The translations under genes were made by a program, and so were the position numbers. The notes beneath the pieces are model-generated. The model was not told the DNA's origin. It made no database searches and saw nothing but the letters and a program-made list of their open reading frames with translations. A stretch of 64,000 nucleotides of DNA from an uncultured candidate division Zixibacteria bacterium (GTDB lineage Bacteria > Zixibacteria > MSB-5A5 > RBG-16-43-9): the NCBI GenBank assembly GCA_963713865.1, contig OY970208.1, positions 896,001 to 960,000 of the forward strand, written 5' to 3'. Below, one piece after another: positions 58,591 to 64,000 of the stretch. Each line of letters starts with the position of its first letter. Within the stretch, counting starts at the first letter, position 1.

Positions 58591-61500
58591 ATGTCCTTGT
58601 CTATATTGCTGGAGCAGGCTCATAGATCGCATAGCTTCTCTATTCTGGCGGAAAAGATCGCAGAAGGTAAAAAGTCCCTTGCTTTATCCGGCCTGGTAGG
58701 TTCTGGAAAATCTTTTCTTTTGGCTTATTTAGAGAAAAAACTCAGCCTTCCGTTTTTGATTTTGTCCTATCATCCGGAGGAAGCCATAAAGCTTTTTGAG
58801 GACCTGCAATCTTTTTTGGGAGAAGGGGAAGTTCTGTTTTTCCCCAGCCGGGAGATCTTGCCTTACGAGCTTCAAGTTCCTCATTCAGAGGTCTTGGGTG
58901 CCAGGCTTTCCTGTTTACATAACCTCCTGTTCCGCAAAAATAACGTAGTTGTAACCCACGTCCGTGCAATTATTGAAAAGACTATTCCCCGGGACGAGTT
59001 GAAAAACAAAACCGTCCAGCTGAAAACCGGAGATGAGCTGGAATTAGAAAACCTGATCCTGAAAATATCAGAATTAGGATTTAAAAGATTTCCTCAGGTG
59101 GAAGAGGTAGGAACTTACAGCCAGAGGGGCGGGATTCTGGACCTTTTCCCTTATACTTCAGAGAACCCTTTAAGGTTAGAGTTCTTCGGGGATAAGATCG
59201 AATCGATAAGGGAGTTTTCCGTTTTTAATCAGAGAACTATTAACAAAAAAGATGGGGTTATCCTTCTTCCTAAAAGGGAGTTTCATCTTAAAGATGAGGA
59301 GCTTGAAAAATATCTTGGCAGGATAGAAGAAAAAGAAGCTCAAAGATTAAGAGGAAGAATAAATTTTTATCAGGAGATCCCGGGTTTGGAATGGATGGCA
59401 CCTCTTTTAGAATTACCCCAGGGCGAGCTTTTTGATTACCTCCCTGAAGAGAGTTTAGTCTTTATGGATGAGCCAGAGCTTATCCGAAAGGAGATAGATT
59501 ATATCCGGGAAGAGGCTCAGAGAAGATATGAAGAGGCAAGTCTGAAAAAGGAGTTAGTCCCTCAACCATCTTTTCTTTTCAGGGATGTCGCCTCCTTTGA
59601 GAGGAAGATTGAAAGTTTTCAGGTTTTGAAAAATTTCTATTTGAGGAAGGAAAACTTAGATTTTGATCTGGGTATGTGCGAGCCTGAAAGCGCTGTCTCC
59701 AATTTCCCCTTGTTGAAGAAAACCCTGAAAGAAGAAGAAAAAATGGGGAAAAAGGTCTATATCTCCTGTGAGAATTCAGGCCAAAAGGAAAGGCTGGAGG
59801 AACTCTTAGAAAAAGAGGTTGAAAAGGTTGTCTTTTTATTAGACAACCTGAGCTCCGGCTTTATCTATCCGGAGCTGGAATTAGTTGTTTTACCAGAGCA
59901 CCAGATCTTTAGTCGTTATTTGAGGAGAAGAAGGAAGAGGAAATTTAAAGAGGGGTTGCCTCTATCTAATTACGCCAGCCTTTCCTCAGGTGATTTTGTA
60001 GTGCATGTCGATTTCGGGATAGGGAGATATTCCGGTCTGCAAAATCTTTTGATTGATGGAAGAAAAAGAGATTGTCTGCTCCTCTTATACAAGGATGAGG
60101 ATAAGTTATACGTACCGGTAGAGGAATTCAACCGAATCCAGAAATATATAGGAAAAGATGGAGAGCCGATACTTTCCAGATTGGGTTCGCCTTTATGGGA
60201 GAAAAACAAGGAGAAAACCAAGAAAGCTTTAAAGGAGATGGCTGAGGATCTTATCCAGCTTTATGCTGAGAGGAAGGCAAAGCCGGGATTTGCTTTTTCT
60301 GCAGATACTCCCTGGCAAAAAGAGCTGGAATCCTCCTTCATCTATGAGGAGACTCCGGACCAGTTTGAAGCAATTGAATCTATTAAAACAGACATGGAGA
60401 AACCTGTACCTATGGACCGTTTGGTGTGTGGAGATGTGGGTTATGGTAAAACCGAGGTGGCTATAAGGGCTGCTTTTAAGTCGGTTATGGACGGGAAGCA
60501 GGTAGCAATTTTGGTCCCCACAACGATTTTAGCACAGCAGCATTACACCACTTTTTCAGAAAGGCTAAAAGATTATCCGGTTAGAATCGAAGTCCTCTCC
60601 CGTTTCAAATCTTCAAAAGAGCAAAAAGAGATAATAAAATCCTTAGAACAGGGGAAAATCGATATAGTGATTGGAACTCACAAATTGCTCCAAAAAGATG
60701 TTAAGTTTAAAGACTTAGGGCTTTTGATAATCGATGAAGAACAAAGGTTCGGAGTAGCTCACAAAGAAAAGCTGAAAAAAGTTAAAAGCACCGTAGATTG
60801 CCTGACCTTAACTGCCACACCCATCCCCAGAACCCTGCAGCTCTCCTTGTTAGGGGCTAAAGATATGTCCATAATCAATACCTCTCCTAAGGATCGTCTT
60901 CCGATCCAGACCATAATCTCCGAGTTCGATAAGGAATTAATAGCTGAGGCAACCTTAAGAGAAGTGGATCGGGGCGGACAGGTCTATTTTGTGCATAACC
61001 GGGTAGAATCTATAGGTTCTATGTATAATTTTTTAAAAAAACTACTTCCAGAGTTGAGGTTGGGAATAGCTCATGGTCAGATGGAGGAAAAGGTTTTAGA
61101 GAAGATCATGCTGGCATTTTTAGATGGCAAGTATGATTGCCTTCTCTGTAGCAATATAATTGAATCTGGATTGGATATACCCAGCGTCAATACCATTATC
61201 ATCAACCGGGCAGATCGGTTCGGTCTGGCACAGCTCTATCAACTAAGAGGCAGGGTAGGAAGGTCTAATCATAAAGCTTATGCCTATCTTTTAGTCCCGC
61301 CTTTTGAGAATTTAAATCCGCAAGCCCAAAAAAGGATAAGAGCAATTCAGCAATATACCGAATTAGGCTCAGGCTTCTATTTAGCCTTGAGGGATTTAGA
61401 GATCAGGGGTACAGGTAATATCCTGGGACCCCAGCAGCATGGTTTTATAGAGGAGATCGGTTTTGACCTCTATTGCCAGCTTTTAGAGGAAGCAGTAAGA

Positions 61501-61962
61501 GAACTAAAAGGGGAAGAGATAAAAAAATCACCAGAGGTGAAATTGGAGATAGATTCAGATCTTTACCTTCCATCAGATTATATAGAAGATGGACAACAGA
61601 GGATGGAAATCTATAAAAAGCTATCAGAGATAAAAAGAGAAGAGCAAATAAAGGACTTGCAGGTGGAGTTAAGGGATAGATTCGGGCTCCTTCCCAGGGA
61701 GGCAGAGGAGCTTTTAAAAGTAGCTGAGCTTAAGCTCATTTGTCAGGGAAAAGAGGTGTCTAAGCTTACACTTAAGGGGGTAAGGGTGAAACTTGAGTTC
61801 AGCCTGAGTAAAAAGACTGGAAAAGAAGAGATAAAAAAATACCGGCAGACAATCGATTTCCCTTTGGAGTTTTCCGTTGTTGGAAATTTCAAAATGGAAA
61901 TAGACTTAAAGGGTGTAAAAAATCGACTGGAAGAGTTGAAAAAACTCTTGCTAAAATTATAG
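58591..61962 (+). CDS. mfd: Transcription-repair coupling factor
   Basis: UvrB-like N-terminus, CarD-like VVHVDFGIG, GDVGYGKT, DEEQRFG, TATPIPR, QLRGRVGR, TRCF C-terminus. Confidence 0.97.
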   Translation: MSLSILLEQAHRSHSFSILAEKIAEGKKSLALSGLVGSGKSFLLAYLEKKLSLPFLILSYHPEEAIKLFEDLQSFLGEGEVLFFPSREILPYELQVPHSEVLGARLSCLHNLLFRKNNVVVTHVRAIIEKTIPRDELKNKTVQLKTGDELELENLILKISELGFKRFPQVEEVGTYSQRGGILDLFPYTSENPLRLEFFGDKIESIREFSVFNQRTINKKDGVILLPKREFHLKDEELEKYLGRIEEKEAQRLRGRINFYQEIPGLEWMAPLLELPQGELFDYLPEESLVFMDEPELIRKEIDYIREEAQRRYEEASLKKELVPQPSFLFRDVASFERKIESFQVLKNFYLRKENLDFDLGMCEPESAVSNFPLLKKTLKEEEKMGKKVYISCENSGQKERLEELLEKEVEKVVFLLDNLSSGFIYPELELVVLPEHQIFSRYLRRRRKRKFKEGLPLSNYASLSSGDFVVHVDFGIGRYSGLQNLLIDGRKRDCLLLLYKDEDKLYVPVEEFNRIQKYIGKDGEPILSRLGSPLWEKNKEKTKKALKEMAEDLIQLYAERKAKPGFAFSADTPWQKELESSFIYEETPDQFEAIESIKTDMEKPVPMDRLVCGDVGYGKTEVAIRAAFKSVMDGKQVAILVPTTILAQQHYTTFSERLKDYPVRIEVLSRFKSSKEQKEIIKSLEQGKIDIVIGTHKLLQKDVKFKDLGLLIIDEEQRFGVAHKEKLKKVKSTVDCLTLTATPIPRTLQLSLLGAKDMSIINTSPKDRLPIQTIISEFDKELIAEATLREVDRGGQVYFVHNRVESIGSMYNFLKKLLPELRLGIAHGQMEEKVLEKIMLAFLDGKYDCLLCSNIIESGLDIPSVNTIIINRADRFGLAQLYQLRGRVGRSNHKAYAYLLVPPFENLNPQAQKRIRAIQQYTELGSGFYLALRDLEIRGTGNILGPQQHGFIEEIGFDLYCQLLEEAVRELKGEEIKKSPEVKLEIDSDLYLPSDYIEDGQQRMEIYKKLSEIKREEQIKDLQVELRDRFGLLPREAEELLKVAELKLICQGKEVSKLTLKGVRVKLEFSLSKKTGKEEIKKYRQTIDFPLEFSVVGNFKMEIDLKGVKNRLEELKKLLLKL

Positions 61963-62019
61963 AATGATTTATATTTAAAACTTGAGTATTTAAACTAAAC
62001 CCTAATTAAGGAGGTAGAG

Positions 62020-63774
62020 GTGAAAAGAGTAGTTGTAATCTTGGCGGTGTTGGCACTTAGCCTGGTTTGGATAACCGGCTGCGCTTCAAAACAAAGTAAG
62101 ATAGTCGCACAGATAGGAAAGGATAAAATAACTGTGGGAGGGCTGGCAGGAGATTATATAGAAATGAAGAAAAATGCCCAAATACAAACAATATCCGACC
62201 TTCCTCTATATGACCAGTTTAAAGAATTTTTAGACCAGAGAATCGATAGCCGGCTTCTGGTTCAGGCAGCTTATGAAAAAGGTTTTGATAAAGATCCTCA
62301 AATTGAAGGCCGGCTCGAACCGGAAAAGGAGAAACTTTTGATGAATGAGCTTTTCCGCAGAGAGGTTTTGAGCAAAGTCAAAGTTACCGATAAGGACGTG
62401 GCTGATTTCTATAAAAAATTAGGTGAGAGTATCAAGGTAAGACATATATTGGTAAAGACCAAAAAGGAAGCAGATCAAATCTACCGCGATCTTAAGAAAG
62501 GAGCAGATTTCGATACCCTGGCAAAGGAGAAATCAATCGATACACGAACTAAAGATAAGGGAGGGGACCTGGGTTTCATCAGCTGGCGAGGTATGGCAGG
62601 TGCGGCTTCATTTAAGGAAGTAGCCTTCAAATTAAAGCCCCAGGAGTTCTCCCGCCCGGTCAAGACCCTGGCAGGCTGGCATATAATCAAATTGGATGAA
62701 AGAAAAAAGGAAACCCAGAGAAGCTTTGAGGAAGAAAAGGAAAATCTGAAGACGAGTTTGCAGACGATGAATCAGCAGGAGATCGGGATAAACTATATGG
62801 TCAATTTAATGGAGCAATCCGACCTTAAAATGGTTAGCTCCACTATAAAGATGTTAGAGGAAAAGACCAACGCTTTAGCTGTTACAGATACTCTTAAATC
62901 ACCAATGCAGGGTTTAAACTTAGACCCTGCCCAGCTCACCGAAGAGGAGAAATCCTTAGCAGTTATTAACTATAAGGGTGGAGAGTTAAAGGTATCAGAG
63001 TTCCTTCCCTTCTATAACCGCTGGCCCTCTTTCCAGAGACCAACTTTAAATGATGAGGAAAATATCAAAGGTTTAGTTTTCAATTATCTTTTAGCTCCAG
63101 AGATATTAAAAAAGTTAGCCCTTAAGAAAAAGATCGACCAGAGCAAGGAATATAAGGATAAGCTTACTCGTACCAAAGAGGCGATGATTGCGGATAAATA
63201 CCGGAGTGAGATTATCTGGAAAGATTTAGCTGTAGATTCAGCCGATCTGGAGAATTTCTATCAAATAAATAAGGAGAAATATATTACTCCAGCTCAGGTA
63301 CATGTCTTAGAGATTATGGTCAAAACCGAGGGGGAAGCCAAGCAAGTTCTCAAACAGCTTCGCGCCGGTGCTGATTTCAAAAAGCTGGCTGAGGAGAAAA
63401 CGATCCGGACTTATGCAAAACAAAGCGGAGGAGACCTGGGCAGAATTATGAAAAGCAATTATCCAGAGCTTTTCGATGCAGCCTTCAAGCTCAAGAAGAA
63501 CGAGACCGGAGGTCCTATTCATCTTTTACAGAGTCCGGTGGGTGAAGGATATTCGGTCATAAAGTTATTAGAAAAAACGGAGCAGAAACAGAAAACCTTG
63601 GCAGAGGTAGAACCTATGGTGCGAAACGCAGTTACCTACGAGAAGAAAAATAGCGTTTCTCGAAAGTGGGTGGAGGAGGCTCGTGCGAAAACCGAGATCA
63701 AAATCAACGAACCGGCCCTGCAGGAGGCTTTTGGGATAGTTCAAAAGGAACTTCCACCCCAGGAGAAAATGTGA
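62020..63774 (+). CDS. Lipoprotein peptidyl-prolyl isomerase with two parvulin domains (PrsA/SurA-like)
   Basis: Lipobox ITGC; RHILV..F..LAKE.S..GGDLG pattern occurs twice. Confidence 0.9.
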   Translation: MKRVVVILAVLALSLVWITGCASKQSKIVAQIGKDKITVGGLAGDYIEMKKNAQIQTISDLPLYDQFKEFLDQRIDSRLLVQAAYEKGFDKDPQIEGRLEPEKEKLLMNELFRREVLSKVKVTDKDVADFYKKLGESIKVRHILVKTKKEADQIYRDLKKGADFDTLAKEKSIDTRTKDKGGDLGFISWRGMAGAASFKEVAFKLKPQEFSRPVKTLAGWHIIKLDERKKETQRSFEEEKENLKTSLQTMNQQEIGINYMVNLMEQSDLKMVSSTIKMLEEKTNALAVTDTLKSPMQGLNLDPAQLTEEEKSLAVINYKGGELKVSEFLPFYNRWPSFQRPTLNDEENIKGLVFNYLLAPEILKKLALKKKIDQSKEYKDKLTRTKEAMIADKYRSEIIWKDLAVDSADLENFYQINKEKYITPAQVHVLEIMVKTEGEAKQVLKQLRAGADFKKLAEEKTIRTYAKQSGGDLGRIMKSNYPELFDAAFKLKKNETGGPIHLLQSPVGEGYSVIKLLEKTEQKQKTLAEVEPMVRNAVTYEKKNSVSRKWVEEARAKTEIKINEPALQEAFGIVQKELPPQEKM

Positions 63775-64000
63775 AAAAGGTTACGTTCTTTCTATTATTC
63801 TTATGTCTAATAATTCTTTTAAGCTGTAAGAGCTCAAAGTTAGAGAATAAGGGGAAGGCGCTGGTTGAGGTTAATGGTCAGAAATTAACCGAGGAGGCTA
63901 TAAACGCTGAGCTTTCCTTAGCCTTTGAAGATAGTATCCCCCGGAGGGCAAAACTGGACTATCTGAATCGCTGGATCGAGAATGAACTTTTGTACCAGGA
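63771..64000 (+). CDS. Second PPIase-like lipoprotein, 3' partial
   Basis: GTG overlaps the upstream stop. Translation MKKVTFFLLFLCLIILLSC..VEVNGQKLT..LNRWIENELLYQ runs off the window. Confidence 0.75.
   Translation, partial: MKKVTFFLLFLCLIILLSCKSSKLENKGKALVEVNGQKLTEEAINAELSLAFEDSIPRRAKLDYLNRWIENELLYQ

Noticed and set aside
1-64000. tRNA, rRNA, integrase, transposase, prophage and the remaining short antisense ORFs
   Set aside because: No such RNA or mobile-element genes were recognised by eye. The short ORFs are shadows of longer, motif-supported genes.

Overview
AT-rich bacterial chromosomal window. The GDxNxDGxVxxxDxVYLINYLFKxGPxP dockerin-like tails suggest candidate phylum Zixibacteria or a related lineage (inference only). 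Layout: (1) 1-2666, a secreted TolB-like beta-propeller plus an amidase_3-dockerin protein. (2) 2830-3221, a self-contained micro-gene missed by the ORF track, encoding 26 aa (MELKKLILEVEELEEKIAPLSSNGDQ) with its own promoter, SD, anti-SD fold-back and terminator. (3) 3.5-18.7 kb, a minus-strand signalling block: dual receiver, PMM/PGM, Ser/Thr kinase-STAND-TPR, GAF-PAS-histidine kinase, NUDIX, TM-NACHT-HEAT, and a PP2C/RsbW/RsbV partner switch. (4) 19.2-43.8 kb, a large surface-polysaccharide locus with an ACP/AMP-ligase/NadE-like/amidotransferase/GNAT tailoring module and an embedded secreted glycanase-like gene. (5) An M28 peptidase, a lipoprotein and an orphan RRE(PqqD)-M50 peptidase-HlyD fusion. 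(6) A five-gene secreted cassette (MepA-like murein endopeptidase, two beta-propellers, NHL-FlgD-dockerin) bounded by a 27-bp direct repeat and headed by a G9-spacer promoter. (7) A DUF4398-like lipoprotein, a 17-aa basic micro-ORF, a polyamine operon, a methyltransferase, mfd and PPIases. Many GTAG-type REP-like palindromes fill intergenic gaps. Several single-base frameshifts, mostly in short homopolymers, look like assembly errors. The best candidates for an undescribed system are the EELEEKIAP leader micro-peptide with the RRE-M50-HlyD exporter, and the recurring peptidoglycan hydrolase + beta-propeller + dockerin cassettes. All family calls come from motif reading, not database searches.
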